This document shows positions 33,678-47,500 of a stretch of DNA of 64,000 bases, in pieces. The notes under the pieces are model-generated. The model saw only the letters and a list, made by a program, of their open reading frames with translations. It was not told where the DNA came from and ran no database searches. Numbering within the stretch: position 1 is the first letter of the stretch; the number at the start of each line of letters is the position of its first letter. Both the position numbers and the translations under genes were made by a program. The stretch is from Bugula neritina (Eukaryota > Animalia > Bryozoa), in assembly GCA_964035545.1 (NCBI GenBank), contig OZ037771.1, forward strand, positions 5,055,190 to 5,119,189, read 5' to 3'.

Positions 33678-36242
33678 ACTGAGCTCCCACATCCCTGTGT
33701 GGACATGTAGAGTATGGTACTACGCTATTTATATCATATATACACATTTCATACAGATAGTATGTATGTACTGACTACAGTATCTAAACCTTGCATGTGG
33801 TCTTATATTTCACTACATGCTCTATACATGTGACACTCTATATACTGCTATGTGATATACTTTACCTGCGCACTATGAATATAAGTATTTACTTCTACTT
33901 ATCATTTTATACTTTTGCTATACCATGTATATGCTCTGCATACACATAGCTCATGCACTTAGTCTAGTTATATGTGATTTTGTATGTATACACTATTACT
34001 ATATGTTTGCTAGCATTGTTTACTCATATTTACTATGAACTATATTTACACAATAAATATACTGCATTTTATAATTAATTCTTTTGTATATTTCAAAGGC
34101 ACGTTCACAAACCTTCTGGCACTAAGCAAAGCAAAAAATCATTATTAAACAATTATTTGGGACAAGGGAACTTGCTACTGGCTTGTATAGTTTTGAAATT
34201 ATTTTGTTTAAATGTTCTTTAAATTTTATTTATAAGCTCTTTGGTAGTTCACCTTGCAGGAACTCAGAAGTGTTTCAACATATTTCAGAGCAATTACTAG
34301 AATTAGAATATAATTTTATAAACAAACTATACTTGAAGTATCTGCATAGGAAGTCAGGAGCTGAGCTCAGTTGACAGAGTTCAGTATCCAGGGTCTACCA
34401 TCAGTGTAACCCTCTCCATTCAGTCTGAAATCAACTCAAGTATTGCCACACTTTCTGCAGTAATGTACAACTTACACAAGAGAGTGTGTGGACAAACAAC
34501 AGTCTGTCAGCAAACACTAAGATGCATGTTTACAAAGCATGTATATTGTCCACACTACTCTACTCCAGTGTAACCTGGACATCCTGTGCCACTCTGAAGA
34601 ATATACTAAGCAGTTTTTATCTAGCCATCTCAAATGACACGACAAAATTCCCAGTACTGACAGTTTGCAATGTCCTTGGATGCCGACAATGTTCTTTCTT
34701 TCTGAGCCAGTGGTGTCTTCGTTAGTTTCGACATGTGTGCAGAATGCAAGATGGCTGCATTCCTATAAATCTGCTTTATAGGAAACTTTCGGAAAGCTCC
34801 AGATCTCTGGGGTCCTCTCAGATTGTGTTTCAAGGTCACCTACAAAAGGAACACGAATAGCCCTGGAATCGATCAGCAGTCATTAGAAAACCTCGTAGTA
34901 GTAGTGTAGTGGTGTAGTATTGTACTGCCTGCCTTGACCAGTAGGGTGTTCATAAATTTTTATTTTTTTTGTAATTTTTAGCGAAGTACAGCTGTACTTG
35001 GCTATGCAGTTGCAGCTTTGAGCTGTTAATTAAAATATACCCTTAATAAAAATATTTCAATAACATCTACATTATACCAGAAATATATTTATTCAAATGA
35101 AAGGATATTATACTTTACATTTACATACAAAAATATCTCTTATGAAACTCAAAGGAGTAAGTGATATTCATAACTAAAGTTGTGAAAATGTGATAGTCAA
35201 CCCTACACATTGACTGGTGTGTGCTGGTAGACTATATAGTATTATAGCTATAATCCTCTCATATAATGAAATATTCTTAGTGCAGAAATTCTGACTCAGG
35301 ATTGATGATGTCTGCTGCTAGAATTATTTGCTTACTAGTAAGTAGTAACCAAAAATGCTTTATTTGTAGCCAATATACCATCTGTAGGAGGCAAAAGTAA
35401 TGTATGGTAATCATGTGCTAGCAAACACATTACATATTACATTTATTAATTTAATGTCTGTTTGAACCGAACCATTGTAAATATTGTGCTCCCAATTTTA
35501 TGGAAAGGACAACTCCATATTGAACTGACACTTGCAGCAGCCAATCAGCGAAGCGAGTGATCTTATACCCTACGGGTGGATGGCTAGTAAGGAGCTGTAC
35601 GCTTGAAGAGGGCGCAGTTGGCTAGTAGTAGCAGGATATTTAAGCCGTGTAAACAGTCTTGTGCAGTTATGTAATCTTGGTATGTTTTTATGTAGTTAGT
35701 AAATCTTGTATCTTACGTATAAATGAACTTATTCTTACTCTAAATCGGCAGCATTACTTCAATCATAATTACCCACAAATGAATGACGCACAATTTCACA
35801 ACACTATATAGGCCTAGTCAATATTGCAGAACAACACCAATAATGTCATTCAAAACATTATAACAAGTGCACTATTCTCTTGGAAATAGGTAACACTAGT
35901 GTCGTTGCTGTTGCATATACAAAATGTTTTCTTGTCATCAGAATCTTTTTTGTTTATATTGGCTCAGTTCCTAAAAAGTCCTTCTATTTAAATATTAGAG
36001 AGCCCGTCAACGCCTTCCAACTTTTAAAAAGACTACATTTGTCACTAAAACCATTTAGCCCGTCGTTAACCTGTTTCCGGTTTCAGTAGTAGGCGTTTTC
36101 CGGCAGTCCTTGAAACGAAGCAAAAAGAGGATAAGCTCGCATTCTGGATGACGAAACTAATTCAGCTGTCTCACCGCTATACTAACCACAATTCAAACCA
36201 AAGTTTTAGTACAAAACTGAAGAACTAACAGAATTTGTCAAG

Positions 36243-39200
36243 TGTTTATGCTATGTTTGCTTTATAGATTCAGAGACCGGTCAAAGAGTTTAAGATAGTT
36301 TATTGCTCAAGATATTAAAGGTCCACTCTGGATAGATCTAAAAGCACAAACTGACTATTATTAATAACACGAATAACATAGTATAAAGTATAAACCTTTA
36401 CAAACAAAGACAAAGCTTATTCAGCATATCATCAACATCCCCTTTACAAATCTTTGACAATGTTGAACAAACAAACGAAAAAAAACTAAACAAAAATTAA
36501 GAATTGATACATGAACAAGTAATACGATTTTGTTATTAATAGTCTATAGAAGATTAGCATATTATTACAAGATTGTCTCTCTTGTTAATTTAAAGTATAT
36601 TATATTATTTTCTGGGTTCGGGCTATTTAAATCTGTTTTTTTGTTTTTTGTTTTTTAAGAGTTTATTGTCCGATTGTCTTCGGTCAGATTAGGTATAATT
36701 ATCTAGTATAGTTCGTATTGTTCATATTTAGCTGGGGTTTTTGTTTGTCTTGACCGTTGCCATCTAACTGGGGCTGGATCAGGGTTTGTATTCACTTCTG
36801 TAGGAATTGCTGTTGCGGCTGATTGAATCTGTGCGTCTGGAACAGAATGACTGGAAACTGGGTCATTGGCGTCTGTTGGTATTTCAACTGTAGTCAATGG
36901 CTGACTAGCTTCCACATCACTCAGAGGGCGCAAATCGGCCCTGTTTCGCCTCACAGCCATGTCTGTGTCTTTGTTTGAGACAAGGTATGATCGGTCCGAC
37001 AGCTGTTCAACCACTCTACCCTGCTGCCATCTAGTCTTTTGTGACACAAAGTCTCTCAGCAGCACTGGCGAGCCAATAGCCAACTTTGTCAAATCTTTAG
37101 CTGATTTATTGTAGCTGCTCTGTACCACTTTTCTCTTGTTAGCTTTTTGCTGTAAGACATTGTTCTTTGGCATGTCACCTGTAGGAAGAATAGACCTCGT
37201 GGAATGCCCAAACATCCTCTGAGCTGGTGATGAGGTCATCCCTGCAGTCGGGGTATTTCGATACTCTAGCAGAGCCAAATATGGGTCTTCTGCTCTCTTC
37301 ATCAGCCTTTTGATTATTTTAACTGCTGCTTCTGCCTTCCAATTCGACTGCTGATGTCCCGGAGATGAGGTTGTATGGCTGAAACCCCATTCAGTGCTAA
37401 ATCGAGCAAAGTCGGCCGAGGTGAATTGTGGTCCATTGTCTGATTGAAGCTGGTGAGGGATCCCATACCTTGCGAAAGTTTTCTTGCAAGCCTTGATTAC
37501 TGCTCTAGATTGTGTATCAGATAGAGGTTCACATTCAAAGAAGTCAGAGTAATAATCTACCAGCATCAAATAATCCTTATGCTTATAGGTTAGTATGTCC
37601 ATGCCTACTTTACTCCAAGGTAAGTCTGGTATGTCATGGTTTTGCAGAGACTCATGCTGTTGTAAAGGTGCATCCATTGCACATGTGACACACTTGTCAG
37701 TTTTCATTCGAATGTCCTCAGCCATTTGAGGCCAGAATACCGCATTGCGAGCTCTTCTGATAGTGGCAGCTGTTCCTTGATGGCTAGTGTGAAGCTTGTT
37801 GAGTATCTCACCTCTGGCAGCTATGGGCACAACCAGTCTAGATCCTTTATAAATAATCCCATCTAGTACTGCAAGTTCATCTTTGTATGAATAGTACGGC
37901 TTCACCTCTTCTGGAAGTTGAAATAATTTGTTAGGCCATCCTGAGGTTATCAGAGATTGCAGCTGCACCATTACTGGATCATTACCCGTATGCTGTTGGA
38001 TCAGTTTATAGGTCGCTTCTGACACTGGCAGGTCTTGCTTCAGACCCGTTTCGCTTAGGTCAGACATAAATGACTTTAATTGATTAACTGTGAAAATCTG
38101 TTCTTCTGATGTATTGTTCTGGGGTTCACCAACAGGAGCGCGAGACAGCATGTCTGCTGTAACTTGTTCAGAACCAGGTTTGTAGTGCACTTTAATTTGG
38201 TATCTTTGCAGAGCTAATAGCATTGATTGCAGGCGTTTAGGCGCTTTGTTCAAAGGCTTCTTAAATATTGTTTCTAAAGGGTGGTGATCCGTGTGTACAG
38301 TTACATCTGGGTTTCCAAAAACGTACTGATCGTATTTCTGCATCCCATAGACGATGGCCAGAAGTTCTAGTTCAATAGGTGCGTAGTTTTTCTCACTATC
38401 TGTCAAACTTCTAGAGCCATAGCTTACTGGTTGCCCCTCTTGTAAAAGTACAGCTCCGAGCCCTTCTAGACTTGCATCAGTCTGTACAACTACTGACTGG
38501 TTCATGTTGAAGTATTTGAGTGAAGAAGTTTCCGTGATGAGTTTTTTAATCTCATCAAACGCTCTCTTTTGATCTTGGCCCCAGACAAACTCTTCCTTGC
38601 TTACACCAATCAGCCGTCTTAGTGGTTCACATTCAGCAGAGCAGTGAGGTATGAACTTTGATAGGTAGTTCACATGACCAAGAAACCTCTGTATTTCTTC
38701 ACTGTTGACAGGGGGCTTCATGTCCGTTATGGCTCGGATTTTATTAGGATCGGGCTTCACTCCATCTTTTGTTATCAAATGACCAATATAAGGTAGCTCT
38801 TCTAAAAGAAACTTACATTTTTCTTTGTTTAGCTTGAGATTAACCCTACGTGCTCTGGCTAAAAGTTTTTCGAGCTTTTGGTTATGGTCTTGCACTGCTT
38901 CCGCTTGAGTAGCTCCTTTCCCATAAATTAGGATGTCGTCTGCTACTACAGTTACTCCGTCGAGACCGCTAAGTGCATCTGAGAGTCTCCTCTGGAACTC
39001 TTCAGGACTTGAGGACAACCCAAAAGGCATCCTCAGCCATTTGTATTTGCCAAATGGCGTCCAGAACGTAGTTAAATCACTGGACTTTTTGCTGAGCTTT
39101 ATCTGCAGAAAGCCGTCCTTGGCATCACACAATGAGAATACTCGAGCACCATCCAGCTCGCTAAGCACATCGTCCAGCGTCGGCATTGGAAAATGATTTC

Positions 39201-40990
39201 TTTGAATCACTTGGTTTAGGTTGCTTGGGTCTAAACATACTCTCAGTGTGCCATTGGGTTTTTTCACAGCCACATGATTGTTTATCCAAGCTGTTGGATA
39301 GTCTACTGGACTTAAGATACCTTTCTGGGTGTATGACTGCAATTTTTGTTTGAGATCAGCTACCATCGAGAGAGGCGTCTTTCTGTTGTGACTTTGTCTT
39401 GGAATAGCCTTATCATCTATTTCAATATGGTATTCCCCAGGCAAACATCCAATACCTTCAAAAACCTCTGGGTAGCTTCCGAGAATGTCATCTAGGCTGG
39501 CATTGCTTATTAGGTTAACCCACTCCTCTTTAATGGTTATCAAACCGAGCTGAAGAGCGGCCTCACCAGATAGAAGGCTGTGATTTTGTGTCTTGTGCAC
39601 CAGAAAATACAGCTTCTCTCCAGCTACTTCCAGTTCGCATCCTCCTAATGCTCGAGTGATAGAACCCTCAAACTGCTTTAGTCTTGTCTGGTTGTTGTCA
39701 AGCTTTGGCTTACCGAGATCAACAAAATCTTTGTGATTGAGAATGTTACAGGATGCTCCTGTGTCAATCTGAAACTGTGTCGGTTTGTGACTATCATTCA
39801 CACTGGCTCTTATAGTTGTCATCAACTTTTTGTTCTTTCTGACTACCTGTATGCTCAACAACGATTCACTTGAGCCATCACTGTCTTCTTCTACCATGTT
39901 TACTTGCTTCTTTGAGCGACATTGAGATCTCCAATGGTTATACTTTTTGCAGTTATGACACTGGTGACCGTATGCAGGACACTTTCTGGGAGGGTGAGAC
40001 TGCCCACAGTTGCCACAACTTCCTTTTGAGAAGTTTCCTGTTCGAGTGGACCTTACTGCATTATCATCATCATCTTTGCTTGGCTTATTATGCTTCTTTC
40101 TGGAACCGATGAACTGCACTGATTCTTCAGACTGGATTGCAGCCATGTCATTCCTTGAATTCTCAGCAATACGACATTTCTTTATAGCTTCTTCTAGTCC
40201 TAAGCCAGTATCCCCGCTGGCATCATCAAATAGCTTCCTTCTTAGTTGGGCATCGTTGATGCCCAGGAGTAAAGCTTGAAGCATGAAATCGTCATACATT
40301 GTGTCCAGTTGACACTCTCGAGCGATTTTGTGAAGCGAGGTGACATATTCATCAATGTTCATGGTATTCTGCTTGGTTGATAACAGTTGATGTCTTTTTA
40401 CTACTTTATTAGTGCCTCGTTGACAAAAAGCATCAAACTTCTCCACAACATCAGCATAGACTTCTTTTGATTTACCATCTGAGAAAGTGAATGTTTTGAA
40501 TATGTCGTTGCCTCTTGGGCCTATGCATCTTAACATAATGGCTACTTTGACTTTATCATCAGAATTTGCTTTCTCAGCTGCTGTGAGGAATAGCTCAAAT
40601 TCTTCTTTAAATCTCATCCACTGGTTGGACAAGTCAGAGCCATCTTGAATAGGCTTGGGGGCTAAAAAGTCAACACTGATACTCATCTTGATATTGTGAT
40701 TTTTTGTTGTTTTTGATTTAGTTGTATTGTTTGTTGTCTCTCTTTCCAGCAAACACTTTACTTTTAGTTTCTTTAAGTCCTCACTCGGGGCACCATGTTT
40801 ATGCTATGTTTGCTTTATAGATTCAGAGACCGGTCAAAGAGTTTAAGATAGTTTATTGCTCAAGATATTAAAGGTCCACTCTGGATAGATCTAAAAGCAC
40901 AAACTGACTATTATTAATAACACGAATAACATAGTATAAAGTATAAACCTTTACAAACAAAGACAAAGCTTATTCAGCATATCATCAACA
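36243..40990 (-). mobile_element. Full-length Ty3/Gypsy (Mag-like) LTR retrotransposon
   Basis: 195-bp LTRs 36243-36437 and 40796-40990 (TG...CA, identical by eye); 5-bp TSD TCAAG; PBS TGGTGCCCCGAGTGAGG at 40795-40779; PPT at 36438-36447; empty site at 17822-17826. Confidence 0.97.
36703..40686 (-). CDS. Gag-Pol polyprotein (Gag Zn knuckles, protease, RT, RNase H, integrase)
   Basis: Single ORF with CGNC..H..C / CHNC..H..C, IDTGAS, RMPFGL, VADDIL, TDAS, HHCC, SDNGPQF; first ATG at 40686. Confidence 0.95.
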   Translation of the reverse strand: MSISVDFLAPKPIQDGSDLSNQWMRFKEEFELFLTAAEKANSDDKVKVAIMLRCIGPRGNDIFKTFTFSDGKSKEVYADVVEKFDAFCQRGTNKVVKRHQLLSTKQNTMNIDEYVTSLHKIARECQLDTMYDDFMLQALLLGINDAQLRRKLFDDASGDTGLGLEEAIKKCRIAENSRNDMAAIQSEESVQFIGSRKKHNKPSKDDDDNAVRSTRTGNFSKGSCGNCGQSHPPRKCPAYGHQCHNCKKYNHWRSQCRSKKQVNMVEEDSDGSSESLLSIQVVRKNKKLMTTIRASVNDSHKPTQFQIDTGASCNILNHKDFVDLGKPKLDNNQTRLKQFEGSITRALGGCELEVAGEKLYFLVHKTQNHSLLSGEAALQLGLITIKEEWVNLISNASLDDILGSYPEVFEGIGCLPGEYHIEIDDKAIPRQSHNRKTPLSMVADLKQKLQSYTQKGILSPVDYPTAWINNHVAVKKPNGTLRVCLDPSNLNQVIQRNHFPMPTLDDVLSELDGARVFSLCDAKDGFLQIKLSKKSSDLTTFWTPFGKYKWLRMPFGLSSSPEEFQRRLSDALSGLDGVTVVADDILIYGKGATQAEAVQDHNQKLEKLLARARRVNLKLNKEKCKFLLEELPYIGHLITKDGVKPDPNKIRAITDMKPPVNSEEIQRFLGHVNYLSKFIPHCSAECEPLRRLIGVSKEEFVWGQDQKRAFDEIKKLITETSSLKYFNMNQSVVVQTDASLEGLGAVLLQEGQPVSYGSRSLTDSEKNYAPIELELLAIVYGMQKYDQYVFGNPDVTVHTDHHPLETIFKKPLNKAPKRLQSMLLALQRYQIKVHYKPGSEQVTADMLSRAPVGEPQNNTSEEQIFTVNQLKSFMSDLSETGLKQDLPVSEATYKLIQQHTGNDPVMVQLQSLITSGWPNKLFQLPEEVKPYYSYKDELAVLDGIIYKGSRLVVPIAARGEILNKLHTSHQGTAATIRRARNAVFWPQMAEDIRMKTDKCVTCAMDAPLQQHESLQNHDIPDLPWSKVGMDILTYKHKDYLMLVDYYSDFFECEPLSDTQSRAVIKACKKTFARYGIPHQLQSDNGPQFTSADFARFSTEWGFSHTTSSPGHQQSNWKAEAAVKIIKRLMKRAEDPYLALLEYRNTPTAGMTSSPAQRMFGHSTRSILPTGDMPKNNVLQQKANKRKVVQSSYNKSAKDLTKLAIGSPVLLRDFVSQKTRWQQGRVVEQLSDRSYLVSNKDTDMAVRRNRADLRPLSDVEASQPLTTVEIPTDANDPVSSHSVPDAQIQSAATAIPTEVNTNPDPAPVRWQRSRQTKTPAKYEQYELY

Positions 40991-41913
40991 TCAAGTTGCA
41001 CCACATGTAAGTGTCATGCATTGTAATTTTATCTCGAAGACTTTCACTGTTTCAGTTTCACTTTGAGTCTGTGATGCAATGTCAAAGTGAATATGTATAT
41101 GATAGTGAATGTCAATATGAGTATAAATATAAATAATCTAATAGTTAATAGGAATATTGAATATAAAGAAGAATATGAACATATTCGTATTGATGTTGAT
41201 AATTATAAATAATAATTATATTATTGATTTATTCTGATTGACATTAAATTTGATGATTGATTGATGATCGAAGTGTCATCTAGTTTGACATTCACTATGA
41301 GTATGGCTCGTTTTAAATTATATTCGCTATGAATATTACAATAATGACTTTAGTTATGGGTGTTCTGACCGTTAACACTATCACCATGGTCAGTGGGTAG
41401 GCTTGAAGATAATACTTATAGCTTAGTTTTAAAGTATAGCCTATAGGCCTTCCAACAGCGTAAGGTGTTTTTAAATTATTTATTCAACTCAAAGAGTAAT
41501 ATTATATTTTAGCTTTTAAGTTATATTTGTGGTCAATGTATTGTTAGGATTTGCTTGGCTTGGCCACAACACACCTCCAACACTTATCAAGGAAGAGTTA
41601 AAACATTTAATATGTTATACTTGAATTATATAGTAAAGTTTGAAATATGGATTGAGATCTGATCCAATAATAAAATATGTGTTTCTAGTTTTTGGTATCT
41701 GTTTAGCAGAGCTATAGTTGTCACAATGATTTGTATTATGATTACTGGTAGTAAAGACAGTGATGGAAATGTAATGTATACTGTTTGGCTCACAGAGCTA
41801 TGGGTGTGACAGTGAGGTCATGGTTTGTTTATATGTATGACATCTGCTGTAGCAGAGACAGTAACAGAAATTCTCAACACAGAAGATAGTAACCACTATA
41901 TTCTGTTTAGAAT

Positions 41914-43695
41914 AGACCATGTAAAACTCAGCCAATCAGCGAAGTGTACCAGGTCAATGTCTTACCATTGTAACTGATATAAAATTCTGCAAGTTCAATT
42001 GCAAAATGCATGCTTCTAAAAGCTAGTTGTGCATTTTTTTTTTCATGCAATATTTAATTTCATATCTTAAATTGATGACTCTTGAAATGAATTTTTAAAA
42101 TGTCTAAATTAAGTGTTTATAAAATGCACTTAAAAATTTCATGTCTAGAAAATGACCTGGTACACTTTTGCAACTTAAGGCCAATTATTACATAACTGCC
42201 AGCTTAGTAGTTATTTGTTGTTGCAGCTTGAATGGGTTATTGTTTAGCATTGGAAGCTTGCAGTAAACATCTGTGAATTTGGTACATGACTTTGATTGGC
42301 TGGTTTTTGAATGGCCCTTTAGTATATGCATCTGGATGGCTAAGTAGTGTAGACTCCGCCTACATCTAGCTAATGTACAGTAGCCAATCCACAGTAGTAT
42401 TACAAAAATTCTGTTTAACAAATGAAATATTCTGGTCATTTGTCTTGTACTTAACAATAGTAAATATTCTATTCAACTAGAATTTTATTGTATGTGAGCC
42501 ATGGGAACTACTAAGAGGTTAAATCAACCACCCATGCTAGTAATATTGTAGCTCGCAGTAATAGCAAGTCCACACCATATAAATATACGCATTATAAGCT
42601 ATTATGTGCAGCTTATGAATGCTGAAATGACCCCATTTCTTACCTTCTATTTGAAAAAAATTGTATTACATATTCTGCCACTTCTGCACCAGGAACTTGT
42701 TTTCCTTTTAAATTTTGAAAATAGTGGTCAGTTTCTGCAGCAGTCAATATCCACAATAAACAACGTAAGCTTTCAAATAAACTATAAATATATGAAATAT
42801 TAGTGTGGAAACAATGTCATTTATTCATTGCTATGATGAAAAATTACAAGAATATTATATAAAAGCTAGATATAGATTTCTAGTAAAATGGCACAGGTAA
42901 AAATAACACATTTTTACTTCAAATTCTAAATTTCATCAGTCACCAATGGTGGCTGTAGATTACAGAGAGCACAGCAGACTATCATAATCATAATCATAAG
43001 GATGGTCTGCCCACTGAGCAAAATTCAACTCCAACCCTTCATTTGGGTTACCAATGCACTAAAGCATATAATGTAAGACGCACAAAAAAACAGTGGTTTT
43101 AATGAAACATGTGAAAGAAGCGAACAGAAAACGTCTTCAACAGAGTCAGCTGATATAGAGCAACAGAACTCCTCTGACAGCCATCCTCATAGTCAGACTT
43201 CATCAGAAGTAACTGAGTTACTGAGCTACTGTACATTAGCTAGATGTAGGCGGAGTCTACACTACTTAGCCATCCAGATGCATATACTAAAGGGCCATTC
43301 AAAAACCAGCCAATCAAAGTCATGTACCAAATTCACAGATGTTTACTGCAAGCTTCCAATGCTAAACAATAACCCATTCAAGCTGCAACAACAAATAACT
43401 ACTAAGCTGGCAGTTATGTAATAATTGGCCTTAAGTTGCAAAAGTGTACCAGGTCATTTTCTAGACATGAAATTTTTAAGTGCATTTTATAAACACTTAA
43501 TTTAGACATTTTAAAAATTCATTTCAAGAGTCATCAATTTAAGATATGAAATTAAATAATGCATGAAAAAAAAGTTGCACAACTAGCTTTTAGAAGCATG
43601 CATTTTGCAATTGAACTTGCAGAATTTTATATCAGTTACAATGGTAAGACATTGACCTGGTACACTTCGCTGATTGGCTGAGTTTTACATGGTCT
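41914..43695. mobile_element. Non-autonomous DNA transposon with 471-bp TIRs (ISL2EU-like)
   Basis: 41914-42384 and 43225-43695 are near-perfect inverted repeats; termini AG...CT; 2-bp AT TSD versus the empty site TTTAGAATTGTTC in copy 2 (~18741-18753). Confidence 0.88.
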
Positions 43696-44513
43696 ATTGT
43701 TCACCAGTTTTACCAATAACTAACTTTTATTCAATAGTAAATATCCAAGAAGTAGGTTACAAAAAGACAATTTGATTTATTCCCAAAGTGAAAGTCTATG
43801 TTCAAACTAGAGTAGACTTGTTATCAGATTATCAGTAATTACTGCAGTATCTATGCCCACAGTACAGAGGTCTTGGAAACAATAAAATATTTTTCATGCT
43901 AATGACAAGTCTATACCTCCACAACAGGTAGATGATTGTATAGTTAATAAACATGAAACACAATGGAATAGCCTACAAGTTGGTATTTCTGGTGAACATA
44001 AGTAAAAGATGAGACATAGGAAATTACTATTAGAATACTATTGAAGGTTGTCCTCACAGTTTCCATTATTATTAATAAATCAATTTCTTTGTTCTAGTAG
44101 TTAGTACCTGTTAAACAATGAAATGAAATATACTAAGTTGTCAAACTAGATATTTCCTCTTGTCCTAAACCAACTCTTATGCAATATTCAATAATCTTGT
44201 CTCAAACATGTAAGCCAAGTTACTGTTAAACTTGTTGATTAAAACTGTATGTCACAAATTATCAAATGCTATAAATTATCAATAGCTAAAAATACTAATA
44301 AAATATATATTGAAAATTATCAATAAATCAAAATGCTATGAACAAATTTATTCCTTGGTTCACCTTGTTTTATTTCACTGTCTCTCTACTGCTTACTATT
44401 CTACTTCCTCTACACACCCTTTCACTCAATATACATACATTGTGTACTATCTCATACTCTATTCATAGTACATACATCAGTATTACATTGTAGTATCTGA
44501 TACTAGAAACAAC

Positions 44514-47500
44514 ATGGCTACCAACTCTGTAACCAGTTCTGAGGATGAAGTAACAACAGCAACTTCACAAACAGGTCCGTATACAATATTAGTTGGTCTG
44601 GAGAATGGTAAAATACACACCTGAATAGAGTATTCTTTAAATATACCTGAATAGGTTTCAATTAAATCTTCCAGCTTGAAAGTTAAAATAAAGACTTTGT
44701 TATCTCCCTTTAAGTTTCTTCTCTGAACTACATTTATACTATGGTATTTCTGTATACACCATAACTTTCTGTAACTTTTATCTGCATGTAGTTTAATGAA
44801 GCTGTTGATAAATTTTTGGATCACATTAAAAACAGGTTTATTTTTAATTCTTGCCATTTCTTATACTTGCTAGTATTTTCTTATCAACATGTTGTATGTG
44901 GAATCTTAAATAGAAGTATCACTGTTGTCTAATAAATAAGTTACTCATTTTGTTTCAGTCTACCTGATATAAAAAGTTGAAGAAATTCTCAGTTTTATTC
45001 CTATTAATCTTCATGTTGATGACTCAACAATTAGTATGTTTGTCTCTTTGAATATAGGAATATGTTTACTGCTGGATTACATTTTTAATTATTATATAAG
45101 TAATTCAACAGTAAAATGATGTATTTTATACTATTAGAATATTAACATAGATAAATGTACTATAAACCAGGTGATATTATATTTACTCTATTATTGGGTA
45201 CATATATACTAAAAATAGAACATTTGTTATTAGCAGAGAGATACAGGTGTTGGTGGAGGCACTCTGGTATGGATCCTATGGATGTCAAAGAGTTGTTCCG
45301 CCAATCTGCAGAACTCTATACAAAGGAGGAAATAAAGAAGCTCTGTTCAGGTCATGTGATCACTGACCTAAAGATAGTGGGAGATCTGCCACCTGCTGTT
45401 ACAGAGTTTGCTCCACTTGTGACTAACCTGTGTATTCAACAGCTAACCAGTATCAACAGTTTAGAATAGTAAGTCTATCATCACTTTGTTATCAACATGG
45501 TAAAGGTCACAATATCTCTATCCTCTAGAACATGACTTCTCTTTGGATAATAATATATACTTGAGTTGTGTATTTAGCTGTCAGTATTTCAGTTGTAACT
45601 CAATGACTATTTACTGAAATGTTGAAGTGTTTGGTGAGTTATACTTGTATGGCATGTCAGCAATATTCCTTCATACCTCTACTGCACCTGAGTAGTCATT
45701 CTGTTCCCCTTGAATTGTAAAAGTGAGTGCAGTATATATTAGGAAATTTGGAAAAGTCTGTACACTTGATGAGAAAAAGTGCAAACTAAATTATGTTCAA
45801 CCAAACCCCTAAAAAGAAATTTATAAAAACTGGTAAAGAATTGAATTTGAAAAGTATAGAATTATTGCACTTGAATGGAATTATATTAGTTTGAGCTGAA
45901 GCTGTTGGGGAAGAGGTCAACAATGACTTCTGGTGACTCACACATCATAGCTGATTACCTGCATGTGGGGATAACTTTTAATATTTATTCTGCCAGTAGA
46001 GAAATATATAGTAGATGGATATCTTGAGCCATCTTAAATTGAGGAATCATTTTTATAGTGAAGTCACTTGCTCAGCTTTTAACCTCGTAGTGTTTCACAT
46101 TCTTCAATTTGTCTATGCTTATTAGGTCTGCCTGTGTGTCTATAGTCAGAGACTTATAATAGAAACTCTAGAATCACTCTGAAGTAATATTTAGATTCAA
46201 TTGTACCTCCAGATTATCTAATAATACTTTTTATGCTTAGCCTAGGGCCACACTGTGCGTATTTTCGCATGCGAAAATTGAAATCACAAGTAGCAAAGGT
46301 GTCCACTGTGCGCGTTGAGAAAACATTCGCACTTGTCGCTCTGCATTTTCAACGCAAGTGCGAATCATCTCTGTCGTCGTCACCTAATTGGCTGGTAGTT
46401 ATTCAGCGAGCCCAATTTCTTTATTTTAGCGCTACATTCCAGTAAATTGCGTTTTATTGAAAGCGAGTGCGATTTAAAAATGAATGCTTTATTTATCACG
46501 AACCACTGACGCTTAGTCCAGAATTGTGAACATTTTATTCTCATTATTTCAGAGTATTTGCTGGATATTTTATTAGTTATCTGCTATTTGGTTTTAAGCT
46601 ACTATCACACCTATGACCAGTTTTTAATGTATCATAATTTACCTGCAGTCTATCATAATTTATCTGCAGTTCAGTTTAAGTGAATTGGAAACTACAGAGA
46701 TTTATCTACTCTTGTCTCTAGTTTTTCTCTACTTCTGTAATCAGTACTTCTTACGGTCACCACTCATACAGAGTAAAAACCATTTTCGCTATTCTTTTCA
46801 CAAGAAAATTATTACAAATGTTTTTGATTTAGCAATTTCTTACAACTAAATGGTTTAATCTCTTAAAAATAATGTTCTCATATTTACTTTGGTCTAATTG
46901 ACAATTTTGTATGTATATTACATTCCCTCTGTGTTCTACTATTATGTAAACATATAATAAAGTGTAATAAACTGATAATAGTAGTCCCAGCATACCAACT
47001 CTCTAGTAATACGGTGAATATAGTTCTTAAATGCACAAAATAATAACAATATAACCTCAAAGTATGTTTAACATGATATTCCTGTAACTTTTATATTTAC
47101 AGTCATGGTTTATTGTATGTATATTACAGTCTCTCTCAACTCACACATCTACACACATTACATGTGTCTCGTAATAAGTTAGGAACATTACCTGAGGTGA
47201 TACCAAAGATGAAGTCACTTACAGAGTTACATCTAGAGGACTGTGACTTACATACATTACCAGACAGGTGAGATATATTAGTTATATATGTTTTACTATT
47301 ATTTAAACATATGATAAAGTATAATAGAATTATTACCAGTAGTCTCAGCATACCAATTCTCTAGTAATAAAGTGAATATAATTCTCAAATGCAAATAACT
47401 TACCCAATTCATACTTACAAGGCAATAATAATTTAGATTCACTGCATACCTGCCATATAATATTCCTGTAACTTGTAAAATTATGGTCATGGTATATTGT

